Shown: positions 31,368 through 43,090 of the stretch, piece after piece
How positions within the stretch are numbered: position 1 is the stretch's first letter
Layout of the letters: every line of letters begins with the position of its first letter
DNA from: an uncultured Solirubrobacterales bacterium
GTDB taxonomy: Bacteria > Actinomycetota > Thermoleophilia > Solirubrobacterales > 70-9
Assembly: GCA_963836415.1 (NCBI GenBank)
Contig: CAWIJE010000004.1
Location: forward strand, 227,545-291,544
Direction of reading: 5' to 3'
DNA: 64,000 nucleotides
Program-made: the position numbers and the translations under genes
Notes under the pieces: generated by a model
Database searches by the model: none
Seen by the model: only the letters and a program-made list of their open reading frames with translations
Told to the model about the DNA's origin: nothing

Positions 31368-32183
31368 TCAGCTCAGCGCGACCGCGGCCTCGGGCGTGAC
31401 GACGCGGAAGGTGAAGCTCTCCTCGAGATAGAGCTCGACCGCCTCGGCGGTCGTGAGCGGTCGTAGCCGATCGAGAGGTCCTCGCCCGACTCGAAGAGGA
31501 AGTCGCCGCCGCGCAGGCTCAGCACCACGGCGCCCTTCACGCCGGGCGCCCAGACCAGCGGGCCGCCGAGGATCTCGCGCAGGTGCTCGAGCAGCGGGTA
31601 GCCGCCGTGCTCGCTGGTCTCGAGCACGCGGGTGTACGGCGTCGGGGCCGAGCGCCAGGCCGTAAGGGCCCCTCGATGCCCGGCCGCGAGCAGCGCCTCG
31701 ACCGCGCTGGCGACGTGACTGCGGGTAGCGCTCGCAGTCCTCGCCGAGCGCGATCGGGTCGTGCGGAGCTCGACTCGACGCGATGCCGGCGATCCCGGCC
31801 GCGCTTCCAGCCGTGGAAGACGGCCGATGTTCTCGGCGATCGGCGAGCTGCTGCGCGGCCTCGTCGAGCGGGTCGAAGTCGACGTCCTCGGCGCCGCGGT
31901 CGACGTCGGCCAGCTCGCCGCGGGCGACCGTGAACGGGGCGCGCAGCTCGACCAGCGGCAGCACCTGGCGCTGCACCGCCTCGACGCCCTCGGCCGGGCG
32001 CGCTCGGCGACCTCGCCGCTTCGGCCGAGGTTGGTCGCCGGAGTGCTGCCAGCCGTGCGGGCCGGAGAAGTCGACGAGCCGGCGGGCGGCCAGCGCCGGC
32101 GTCAGCCGCTCGCGCGCCTCGTCGTCGAGCAGGTCCCAGCCGCGCTCGGTGATCGGGGCGTGCTCGCGCAGCAGGTGGCTCAT
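31368..32183 (-). pseudogene. family 1 encapsulin (Linocin M18-like) shell protein, interrupted by at least four frame changes
   Basis: MSHLLREHAPITERGWDLLDDEARERLTPALAARRLVDFSGPHGW is a canonical encapsulin N-terminus, and ...TAEAVELYLEESFTFRVVTPEAAVALS* a canonical C-terminus. The middle pieces (VASAVEALLAAG, GPYGLALGPDAV, EHGGYPLLEHLREILGGPLVWAPGVKGAVVLSLRGGDFLFESGEDLSIGYD) alternate between two frames around 31700, 31665, 31640 and 31460. Confidence 0.75.
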
Positions 32184-32574
32184 CGGCCCTGTCCCCTGAG
32201 GCTGCCGATGCCGAGCGACTCCGCCGCCGGCGAGCGGCGCGCCGCGCTCCGCCGCGCCCTCGGTGGCCGCCTCCTCGGCGGCCTCGCCGTGCTCGACGAT
32301 GTCGCCGTCCTGGAACAGGATGCCGGCGGCGATCTCGCGCCAGAGCGGCGTCCGCCGCAGCAGGAACTCGAGGTCCATGCAGAAGTGCTTGAACTCCTCG
32401 CCCTGGGCGTCGTGCATGATCGCCCGCGCCTCGCCGTCCTTCTCGACCGCCAGCCGCTGCTCGTACCAGCCGATCGCCTCGGCCTCCTCGGTCAGCGAGG
32501 CGCACAGCCGGGCGAAGGTCCGCGTCTCGTCGGGCAGCTCCTCGGGCGGCTCGTGGTACTGGTCGAATCCCACG
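32181..32574 (-). pseudogene. encapsulated ferritin-like cargo protein (EncFtn/Flp) with C-terminal targeting peptide; one frameshift before the targeting peptide
   Basis: HEPPEELPDETRTFARLCASLTEEAEAIGWYEQRLAVEKDGEARAIMHDAQGEEFKHFCMDLEFLLRR is an EncFtn-like four-helix motif. In the +1 frame the gene ends ...AAESLGIGSLRGQGR*, a family-1 cargo-loading peptide. Its TGA overlaps the shell ATG (ATGA). In the printed frame the ORF instead reads through into the shell gene. Confidence 0.7.
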
Positions 32575-32583
32575 GTCGACAGA

Positions 32584-33492
32584 CTAGCGCCGCCCGAGCT
32601 CGGCGGCGAAGCGATCCGCGGCCCCCTCACCATGGGCGAAGAACAGCGAGGGCTCGGTCAGCTCGACCTCCAGCACCATCGGCCCGGCCTCGGCCGAGGT
32701 GACGACGTCGACCCGCATGTAGGCGAGCGCGCCGAAGCGCGCGCCGATCGCCGCGACGGTCCGATCGGCGAGCGCCCGCTCGGCCGCCCTCGGCGTCCGC
32801 GGCTCGATCGTCTCGGCGGCGAAGAGCTCTTCGGTGGGCCCGGCGCCGGGCTCGAGCAGGGGGCCCTTGCGGATCGCGTGTGAGTAGGAGCCGCCGAAGT
32901 AGAGCAGCGCGGTCTCGCCCTCGGCGTCGACCGCGGAGACATAGGGCTGGACCATCGCCGTGCGGCCACTCGCGTGGATCGTGTGGACCAGCTCGAGCGC
33001 GGCGGAGCGCTGGTCGGGACGGCCCGGCGAATAGCGCGCGGTGTCCCTGGAGCCGGCCGAGACCGAGGGCTTGACCACGATTTCGCCCTGATGCGGCAGG
33101 GACCGTGGCGACGCGCCCGGCGCGACGAAGTCGGTCTCGACCACCGCCAGCCCGCCCGCTCCGAGCTCGCCGAGGTAGCGCTTGTCGGTGTTCCAGCGCA
33201 GGACCTCGACCGGGTTGAGCAAGGTCGGCACGCGCGCGGCCCAGTCGAGGAACTCCTCGCGGCGGTGCTGGTAGTCCCAGGTCGAGCGGATCAGGACGAG
33301 ATCGAAGGCGGCCCAGTCGAGGCCGGGCTCATCCCAGGCGTGCCAGGAGACCTCGACGCCGCGGGCGGCCAGCGCCGCGACCAGCAGCGCGTCGTCGGCG
33401 TCGCCCTCCGGCAGCGCGGCGCAGGTGGCGAAGGCAAGGCGCTGTCGAGGTGGGTCGTCGATGCGCGAAGTATCGCTCGCCCGCCCAGGCAC
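32584..33492 (-). CDS. ATP-grasp domain protein (RimK/glutathione-synthetase-like)
   Basis: A pre-ATP-grasp N-domain (CAALPEGDADDALLVAALAARGVEVSWHAWDEP...LIRSTWDY) and a central ATP-grasp fold (VVKPSVSAGSRDT...GGSYSHA). Confidence 0.6.
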   Translation of the reverse strand: MPGRASDTSRIDDPPRQRLAFATCAALPEGDADDALLVAALAARGVEVSWHAWDEPGLDWAAFDLVLIRSTWDYQHRREEFLDWAARVPTLLNPVEVLRWNTDKRYLGELGAGGLAVVETDFVAPGASPRSLPHQGEIVVKPSVSAGSRDTARYSPGRPDQRSAALELVHTIHASGRTAMVQPYVSAVDAEGETALLYFGGSYSHAIRKGPLLEPGAGPTEELFAAETIEPRTPRAAERALADRTVAAIGARFGALAYMRVDVVTSAEAGPMVLEVELTEPSLFFAHGEGAADRFAAELGRR

Positions 33493-33572
33493 GGCGTCGG
33501 TTTCGGCGCCCTGCTCCGGCCGTGATATCTGCGACAGTCGTTTCGTCGCACCCCATCCCCGAGGAGGAAGTC

Positions 33573-34288
33573 GTGAAGAAGAACATCCGAGGCAAGCTGA
33601 CCTACGCCAACGTGATGGCGACCCTGGGGGTGTTTCTGGCGCTCGGCGGCGGCGCGGCGTGGGCCGCCGGCAGCCTCGGCAAGAACGCCGTGAAGACGAA
33701 GAACATCGCGCCCAAGGCGGTCAAGTCGAAGAACATCGCGCCGAAGGCGGTCAAGAACAAGAACCTGGCGAAGAACGCGGTCAAGGAGGCGAACCTCGCC
33801 AAGAACGCGGTCACCGCCGCCAAGGTCAAAGCCGGCACGCTGACCCGGGCCCAGCCGCCGCCGGCACGATCGCCGGCACCCAGATCGCCGAATTCGGCTC
33901 GACCGTCACCCTCGGCAGCGACACGACGGCACCCCAGGCGCTGGCCGGGACGCCCAGCTTCACCCCCGCCGCCGGCAAGTCCTACCTGCTGCTCGCTGAA
34001 ATCCAGAGCAACGTCAGCGACGTCGACGGCGCTGGCGGCAGCTCCTGTTCCGCCTACGTCAACCTGCTCGTCAACGGCCACTACAGCGACAACAACTACC
34101 TGCACCTGCAGGCGGACAGCTCGAGCACGGACATCTTCGGGTTCGAGCCGTCGGACTCGCTGAGCACGGCGATCGGGCTGGTCGGAGCGGGAGCAGCGGT
34201 CACCATCACCGAGGTCACCGAAGGCGATGCCGATTGCGGCCCCGGCGCCACCGGCCAGCTGCGCGGGACGATCGTCGAACTCGGCTAG
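33573..34288 (+). pseudogene. membrane-anchored protein with Lys-rich KNAVK tandem repeats and C-terminal beta-rich domain; frameshift near 33855
   Basis: RBS gaggagga then GTG. VKKNIRGKLTYANVMATLGVFLALGGGAAWAAG is a TM helix, followed by five repeats, GKNAVKTKNIAP/KAVKSKNIAP/KAVKNKNLA/KNAVKEANLA/KNAVTAAKVKAG. The sequence then continues in the +2 frame as AAAGTIAGTQIAEFGSTVTLGSD...CGPGATGQLRGTIVELG* (ORF 33425..34288). Confidence 0.5.
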
Positions 34289-34296
34289 CGCGAGGC

Positions 34297-35058
34297 TCAG
34301 CCGATCGGGGTGCAGGGCAGGATGTGGATGCCCTGCAGCTCGGCGCCGCCGGCGAAGAGGATCTTGCCTTCGGTGTAGTAGGCGCCGGTCGGGCAGCCGG
34401 CGGCGAGGTAGGTCCGCTTCTTGCCGCGGAAGGTGAACCTGCGCCCGATCGTCAGGCTGGCGCGGGTCACCGATCCGGCGCCACCGGCGATCGACGGGAT
34501 CGTCGTCACCGAGTGGATGCCGTAGCGGCCGCGGTGGATGCGGCTGATCTTGACCGTCGCGACGACCGCGGTCGGCACCGGGACGGCGACGTAGGCGTGG
34601 GCGAAGAGAAGCGTGGTGCCGCCGTGGACGCCGCCGTTGAAGAGGACCAGCGGGCCCTTGGCGCTGAACGGGATCGATTCGGCGAAGGCGACTTCGACCT
34701 CCCCTCTCCGCTGCCGACGATCGCGTCGGGGCAGGCCTTCTTGGCGGCTGCCGTCGCGCGCGCCTCGAGGCTCCCCTCACGGCACGTGGGCAGCCCTTCG
34801 GCATCGAGCCGGATGCTCTTGTCGAAATCGATGTCGAGCGTCGTCACCGCTGGGGGGTGAGTGCCGTCGGTGGTGCCGATTTCGGCGTCGATCCGACCGG
34901 AGACCGGCGCCTGGCCGCGCTTCGGCAGGCGCGAGGGCGAGATGCCCCCGTCGTCCTTGAGGAAGAGGTTCCCGGCGCGGATGACGTGCGGCTTGGCGAA
35001 GGCGCTCGCGGCGAAGATCAGGGCGAATCCGAGGTATCAGGGCGGCGAGCCGGGTCAT
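34297..35058 (-). pseudogene. secreted hypothetical protein; two frameshifts at short homopolymer runs
   Basis: ATG at 35058: MTRLAALI then, after dropping one C in ...acctc..., LGFALIFAASAFAKPHVIRAGNLFLKDDGG...AVTTLDIDFDKSIRLDAEGLPTCREG...AIVGSGEG. After a G4 run near 34690, it continues EVEVAFAESIPFSAKGPLVLFNGGVHGG...GCPTGAYYTEGKILFAGGAELQGIHILPCTPIG*. Confidence 0.5.
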
Positions 35059-35147
35059 CGGCACGATCCTCTCCCCCGGCGGCCCCCGCCGCCTCCCCAA
35101 TGCGGGGACCCGCGCGGCCGCGAATCAGCAAAGCGGGAAGTCGGGCC

Positions 35148-36301
35148 TCAATCGTCGAGGCGCAGCGCGATCTCCAGCTCCGGCGCGACGTCCTTCAGCG
35201 GCCGCCCGTAGAGATCCTCGACCGCGCGCAGTCGGTTCGTCACCGTGCGGCGGTCGACCCCGAGCACGGCCGCGGTCGAGGAGACGTTGCGCTCGGCGGC
35301 GAAGTAGGCGCGCAGGGTCTCCCGTCCCGTCGCGCCGCCGTCCCGCGCGCCTTCGAGCGGCTCCAGGTAGAGCTTGCGCAACGAAGAAATGACCAGGTCG
35401 TCGCGGATAATCGACGCCAGCAGCGCGACGTCGGCGTAGCGGACGACGGCCTCCCCCTGCGCTCGGCGATCGGCAGCGCCGCCTTTGCCTGGCGGTGGCT
35501 GAAGCGCCAGCCCGCGAGGCCCTCGCCGGGCTCGCCGATCGTCGCCACCACCTGATTCGGTGAGATCTCGGCGAGCGCCGCCACCGCCTGCTCGGCGCCG
35601 AGGCGGTTGCGGCCGCCGAGCCAGCAGGCCCAGGTCAGCTCTTCCTCGCGCCGGACCGCGAGCAGGCGCCGGTCGAGTCGCGCCGCCAGCGCCCGCATCA
35701 CCTCCGGTGCCTCGTCGCCCTTGACCATCAGGGCGAGGTGGCGGCCGTCGAGGTCGTAGCCGAGCTCCGAGGAATCGACGAGCTCGCCGGCGAGCAGGCG
35801 CTTGACGCACTCGCGGCGGCGCTCCGCGGCGCTCCGCGGCCGGCTCGTCACCTCGGCCGCGTGCTCGGCACTGACCGCGGCGAGCAGCCGGTCGCCGATC
35901 GTCGCCTGCGCCGCGAGCAGCGGCCGCAGGGCCGAGCTCGGGACCTCGGCCCGCTCGGCCTCTTCGACCAGGAAGTCGCCGAACAGGGTGTTGCCGGCGA
36001 AGTAGCGGCGCAGGACGGTGTCGAGGGGGACGCCGTCGCGGGCGTCGAGACGAGCCTGGGCGATCAGCTCCGCCGGCACCGCCGGGGCCCGGCGCTCGCC
36101 GTCCTCCAGCACTGTGAGCCGGTAGTCGACGGCGGCGGCCAGGGCTACGTGGAGGCCCTCGAGATAAGCGGGGTCGGCGACGTCGTGCGGATCGGAGATC
36201 GCGTAGACGCGGGTCATGACCGCGGCTTGGATCTCGGGCAGACGCTCGCGCAGGCGCCTCGCGAGCGCGGCTCCGGCGTCATCCAAGCCACGCTTGCTCA
36301 C
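35148..36301 (-). pseudogene. PucR-family transcriptional regulator; frameshift at a C5/G5 run near 35457
   Basis: The N-terminal 280 aa (ORF 35240..36301) form a PucR-like ligand domain. The C-terminal HTH_30, TLRAYFAAERNVSSTAAVLGVDRRTVTNRLRAVEDLYGRPL, lies in a different frame (ORF 35148..35810). The junction is at ctccccctg. Confidence 0.6.
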
Positions 36302-36356
36302 GCGCTCACCTTAGCGCCGCGTCGCCCCGCCGAGGCGGGAGGACGAAGCCCCGGGT

Positions 36357-38705
<2,349 letters not shown>

Positions 38706-38804
38706 CTAGGCCCGCGGCTTCCGGGAGAAGGTGGGTTTCATGCCGGGGAGGCTAGGGAGTCGCCGATCGCGGCGGAGGACTCGGGCCGCGCTACCGTTTG
38801 AGCG

Positions 38805-40274
38805 GTGACATGGTCCGGGGCCGCTCGCCCGATCGCGATCGGAATTGCAAGCGCGGCGATCGCACTGCTCCTCCAAGCCGATTCGCCGGCCTTCGCCGCC
38901 GCGACCTGGGAGTCGAGGCAGGTCGAGGTCGGCACGCGCCCGGGCGACGGCCTCTACGGCGTCTCCTGCCCGACCGCCTCCAGCTGCGTCGCGGTCGGCA
39001 ACCGGGGAACCGTCGTCACCTCCGCGAACCCCGGCGGAGGGCCCGAGGCATGGCGGAGCGAGACCGTCGCGCCGGGGCCCTATGTCGGAACCGCCCGCGG
39101 CGAAGCCGACAGGACCTCGCCGGGCAGCTTTGACTCGGTCTCCTGCCCGACGGCGACGATGTGCGCCGCGGTCACCTATGCGGGCGATTTCTACGTCACC
39201 GGCAACCTCGGCGGCGGCGCCTCGACCTGGCGGGCGACCGACCTCGACGGAGACGGCGCCGACACCCACCTGACCGGAGTCTCCTGTCCCACGACCAGCT
39301 TCTGCCTGGCGGTCGCGGCCGCCGGCTCCGGCACGGAGGAAGCCGACAGCGGCGGCAAGCTCTTCGGCATCGGCGATCCGCTCGCGGCCGCGATCTCGCC
39401 GGTCGAGGTCCAGCTCGACCGATCGCTCGACCTGCAGGCGGCCTCCTGCCCGAGCGCCGCGCTTTGCCTCGCGGTAGCGAGCCGCGGCAGGGTCGTCGCC
39501 TCCGCCGACCCTGCCGCCGCGGACCCGGACTGGAGGGAGATCGGCTCCCCCGGCGGGCCGGGAGACCTGGAGTCGATCGATTGCCCGGCGACGACCCTGT
39601 GCCTGGCCGGCAACGCACGGGGTAACTTCCTCCTCAGCCCAGACCCGAGCGCCGCCGCGCCGAGCTGGCGCGAGGCGAACGGCGGCCGCTCGGTGCCGAT
39701 CACGGGGATCTCCTGCGCGACCGTCTCGCGCTGCGCCGCGGTCGACAACAACGGCGACGTGATCACCTCGACCGAACCGACCGAACCGACCGGTTCGTGG
39801 TCGGCGAGGAGCCTGATCCCCTTCCCTCCGGGCGGCAGCCAGGGCCTGCCGCTGAACGCCCTCTTCGGCGTCTCCTGCCCGAGCCTCGGCTTCTGCGCGG
39901 CGGTCGGCTCGAGGGGCCTGATCTTCACCAGCGCCGACCCCTTCGACGCCGCCGACGTCGGTGGCGAGAGGAGCGGCCGCGGGCCCAGGCGGCCGCGGAT
40001 GACGATTCTGCACGGCGACCACTTCGCCAGACAATCATCGACCCGGGGCGCCGGCAGCAGGGTCACTTTCCGGCTCCGCCCGTACGGCCGGGTCCGCGGC
40101 TTCGCCTGCAGCCTCGACCAGCGCCCGTTCCGCCGCTGCCGGTCGCCGCTGCGGATCTACGCGAAGCTCGGCCGCCACCTCCTGCGGGCGCGTGCAATCG
40201 GGATGACCGGCCTCAGGGGCCCGGTGGCGAGAGACAGATTCGTGATCCGCGGGCCCGCCAGAGGTCGTTTCTGA
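38805..40274 (+). CDS. secreted protein with seven Cys-x(4,5)-Cys repeats (putative disulfide-stapled beta-propeller) and basic C-terminal tail
   Basis: Signal peptide, then seven repeats of ...G(V/I)SCP(T/S)xxxC(A/L)AV...G.V..S.DP at regular ~45-55 aa spacing. The C-terminal ~90 aa are Arg-rich. The overlapping minus-strand ORFs are antisense junk. Confidence 0.6.
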   Translation: MTWSGAARPIAIGIASAAIALLLQADSPAFAAATWESRQVEVGTRPGDGLYGVSCPTASSCVAVGNRGTVVTSANPGGGPEAWRSETVAPGPYVGTARGEADRTSPGSFDSVSCPTATMCAAVTYAGDFYVTGNLGGGASTWRATDLDGDGADTHLTGVSCPTTSFCLAVAAAGSGTEEADSGGKLFGIGDPLAAAISPVEVQLDRSLDLQAASCPSAALCLAVASRGRVVASADPAAADPDWREIGSPGGPGDLESIDCPATTLCLAGNARGNFLLSPDPSAAAPSWREANGGRSVPITGISCATVSRCAAVDNNGDVITSTEPTEPTGSWSARSLIPFPPGGSQGLPLNALFGVSCPSLGFCAAVGSRGLIFTSADPFDAADVGGERSGRGPRRPRMTILHGDHFARQSSTRGAGSRVTFRLRPYGRVRGFACSLDQRPFRRCRSPLRIYAKLGRHLLRARAIGMTGLRGPVARDRFVIRGPARGRF

Positions 40275-40299
40275 CCCGCGGCATGACGCCCCGCGCGAG

Positions 40300-40682
<383 letters not shown>

Positions 40683-40686
<4 letters not shown>

Positions 40687-40967
40687 CCATCCTCCTGTCG
40701 TCGTCGCAGCCACTCGCCGGCGAGCCGGTCGAGTGGGCGCGGATCGAAATGGTGAAACCTGTAGCGGCCCTCGCGACGCGTCACCAGGAGCCCGGCCCCG
40801 ACGAGTACGTCGATGTGCTGCGAGACGGCCTGGCGCGAGGAAGCGAGGCGGTGCTTGGTCGCAAGCCGCGAGCAGATCTCGAACAGGGTTTGGTCATTGC
40901 GCTCATGCAACTCCTCCAGGATCGCTCGTCGTGTCGGGTCCGCCAGGGCCTTGAAGATGTCTCCCAT
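40683..40967 (-). CDS. ArsR/SmtB family transcriptional regulator
   Basis: FKALADPTRRAILEELHERNDQTLFEICSRLATKHRLASSRQAVSQHIDVLVGAGLL. Confidence 0.8.
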
Positions 40968-41098
40968 CGGCTCAGCAGCATACGCAAGTATCTACTTGCA
41001 TAACCATGAGCCTGGGCTGACTCGAATCCCGCTTGCCCGGGCGGCCTCATGGGTAGAGGCAGCCGAGAGGGCGCTTCCACGACCGAAGGAGACTCGAG

Positions 41099-41632
41099 AT
41101 GGGAAAGCTGATCGCGACGACCCAGGCGACTGTCGACGGCGTCATCGACCCGGTCGGCGAGTGGGTGCAGCCCGACGGGGATCACGGCGAGCACTCATTC
41201 GAACGCCAGGCCAGGTCCAGCGGCCTGGTACTGGGCCGCAAGACCTACGAGGGCCTGGCGGGCTACTGGCCGGACAAGACCGGCGAGTGGGCCGACATGG
41301 TCAACTCGATTCCGAAGTACGTCGGCTCGCAAACCCTGTCCGGGAATCTCGAGTGGAACGCGATTCTGCTCGAGGGGCAGCTCGAGGACTCGATCGCGAA
41401 GCTGAAAGGCGAGGTCGACGGCGACCTCTTCGTCCACGGTAGCGGTGAGTTCGCCTATGCCCTGGCCGAGAAGGGCCTGATCGACGAGTACGAGGTCTAC
41501 CTGAACCCCTTGGTCTGGGGCGAGGCGAACGTCCACGTGCTCGGCGACCGGGGCACGATCCGGATGGAGCTCGGCGACGTCAGGCGGTTCGACTCCGGGG
41601 TGGTGCTCCTCACCTACCTACCGGCGTCCTGA
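41099..41632 (+). CDS. dihydrofolate reductase-like (RibD C-terminal domain) family protein
   Basis: MGKLIATTQATVDGVIDP...LVLGRKTYEGL...LFVHGSGEFA. Confidence 0.75.
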   Translation: MGKLIATTQATVDGVIDPVGEWVQPDGDHGEHSFERQARSSGLVLGRKTYEGLAGYWPDKTGEWADMVNSIPKYVGSQTLSGNLEWNAILLEGQLEDSIAKLKGEVDGDLFVHGSGEFAYALAEKGLIDEYEVYLNPLVWGEANVHVLGDRGTIRMELGDVRRFDSGVVLLTYLPAS

Positions 41633-41721
41633 AACAGCTCGAATCTCGGACCTGCCACGTCTACCGATTGGACAACCAGAGGCCGACCAAAGCGGCCGCC
41701 CGCACCGAAAGGAAGCTAGCC

Positions 41722-42486
41722 ATGGCAACCAAGAAGACGATCGCCCTCGCCGGCGCGACCGGCCGTCTCGGCCGGCCCACCGTCGAGATCCTGCGCGAGC
41801 GCGGCCACCAGGTGGTCTCGATCTCGCGCGGTGAGGGAGTCGACGTGATCACCGGCGAGGGCCTCGCCGAGGCGCTCGAGGGAGTCGACCTGATCATCGA
41901 TGCCGCCACCGGCCCCTCGCCCGACCAGGCGGAGGCGACCGAGTTCTTCACCACCGCGGCGCACAACCTGCAGCAGGCCGGTGCCGAGCGCGGCGTCGAG
42001 GGCATCCTGCTCGTCTCGATCATCGGCACCGACCACTTCAACACCGGCTACAACGCCGCCAAGGTGGTCCAGGAGCGAGCCCACCTCGAGGGGCCGGTCC
42101 CCGCCCGCGTCCTGCGTGCGGCCCAGTTCCACGAGTTCGTCGCGCAGCTGGTCGAGTGGGCGACCCAGGGCGACACCGCCTACGTGCCGCCGATGCGGAC
42201 CCAGCTGGTCGCCGCCGGCAGCGTCGCCGAGGCGCTCGCCGACCTCGTCGACGAGGCGGACTCCGCCCCGCTGGGCAACCCGATCGCCGAAGTGGCCGGT
42301 CCCCGCGAGGAGAGCCTGCTCGAGGCCGCAACCCTCTTCGCCGGCAAGAACGGCAACGGCCTCAAGATCGAGAGCGGCGAGTTCTTCAACGACCCGGAAG
42401 GCCTCTATCCGGCCGGCGCCGTGCTGCCGGGCCCGGTCGCCAAGCTCGCCGGCCCGACCTACGAGGAGTGGCTCGACCACCAGTAG
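41722..42486 (+). CDS. NAD(P)H-binding NmrA-like/SDR family protein
   Basis: An RBS (gaaaggaag) precedes the ATG at 41722. KKTIALAGATGRLGRPTV is the Rossmann motif. Confidence 0.75.
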   Translation: MATKKTIALAGATGRLGRPTVEILRERGHQVVSISRGEGVDVITGEGLAEALEGVDLIIDAATGPSPDQAEATEFFTTAAHNLQQAGAERGVEGILLVSIIGTDHFNTGYNAAKVVQERAHLEGPVPARVLRAAQFHEFVAQLVEWATQGDTAYVPPMRTQLVAAGSVAEALADLVDEADSAPLGNPIAEVAGPREESLLEAATLFAGKNGNGLKIESGEFFNDPEGLYPAGAVLPGPVAKLAGPTYEEWLDHQ

Positions 42487-42525
42487 CGCCCTGCTGCGGG
42501 ATGACTGGAGATCGTTCGCAATCGT

Positions 42526-42966
42526 TCAGCCGAGCTCCTCGACCAGCCCGATGATGACGCCGGCGGGGCCGCGGACGTAGGCGTACTTGTAGATGTCCTC
42601 GTACTGCGCCACCTCGCCGACGAGCTCGGCGCCGTGCGGGCGCAGGCGGTCGAGGACGTCTTCGACCGCGTCGACGACGAAGGTGAGGCGAGGGATGCCC
42701 GGGGTGTTGACCGGCGCCCTCGGCGCATTTTCGCTCGCCAGGGGCGAATGGAACGTCGACAGCTCGACCCGGCCCTGGCCATCCGGAGTCCGCACGAAGG
42801 CGAGGTCCGCCCGGACGCCATCCAGGCCGATCAGCTGGTCGACCCATTCTCCCTCGACCGTCGTTTCGCCCTCCAGTTCGAGCCCCAACTCGACGAAGAA
42901 CGCGATGGCAGCCGCGAGATCCTCGACCACCACGCCGGCGTGATCCATCCTGATTCCGTTGCTCAT
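42526..42966 (-). CDS. VOC family protein (glyoxalase fold)
   Basis: MDHAGVVVEDLAAAIAFFVELGLELEGE...RVELSTFHSP. Confidence 0.7.
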   Translation of the reverse strand: MSNGIRMDHAGVVVEDLAAAIAFFVELGLELEGETTVEGEWVDQLIGLDGVRADLAFVRTPDGQGRVELSTFHSPLASENAPRAPVNTPGIPRLTFVVDAVEDVLDRLRPHGAELVGEVAQYEDIYKYAYVRGPAGVIIGLVEELG

Positions 42967-43090
42967 CCTGGCCTCCTCGTCTCTTGGGCCGCGCCCGTCG
43001 TAGCCCTTCACCTATTTGAGCGGAGCCGGTCGACGCTTCTCGACATGGAAGCGATGCCGGATCCGGATCACGGTTAGTTTGGGGGAAGCG

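Noticed and set aside
31368-32633. Apparent in-frame fusion of the ferritin-like cargo to the encapsulin shell (Pyrococcus-type Flp-encapsulin fusion)
   Set aside because: The +1 frame upstream of the shell ATG ends in the canonical cargo-loading peptide ...SLGIGSLRGQGR followed by TGA overlapping the ATG. The two are separate genes, and the read-through is a frameshift artefact.
38706-40066. 442-aa and 291-aa minus-strand ORFs
   Set aside because: They are antisense of the Cys-repeat secreted protein gene and R-, P- and S-rich. The plus-strand frame carries the periodic conserved repeat.
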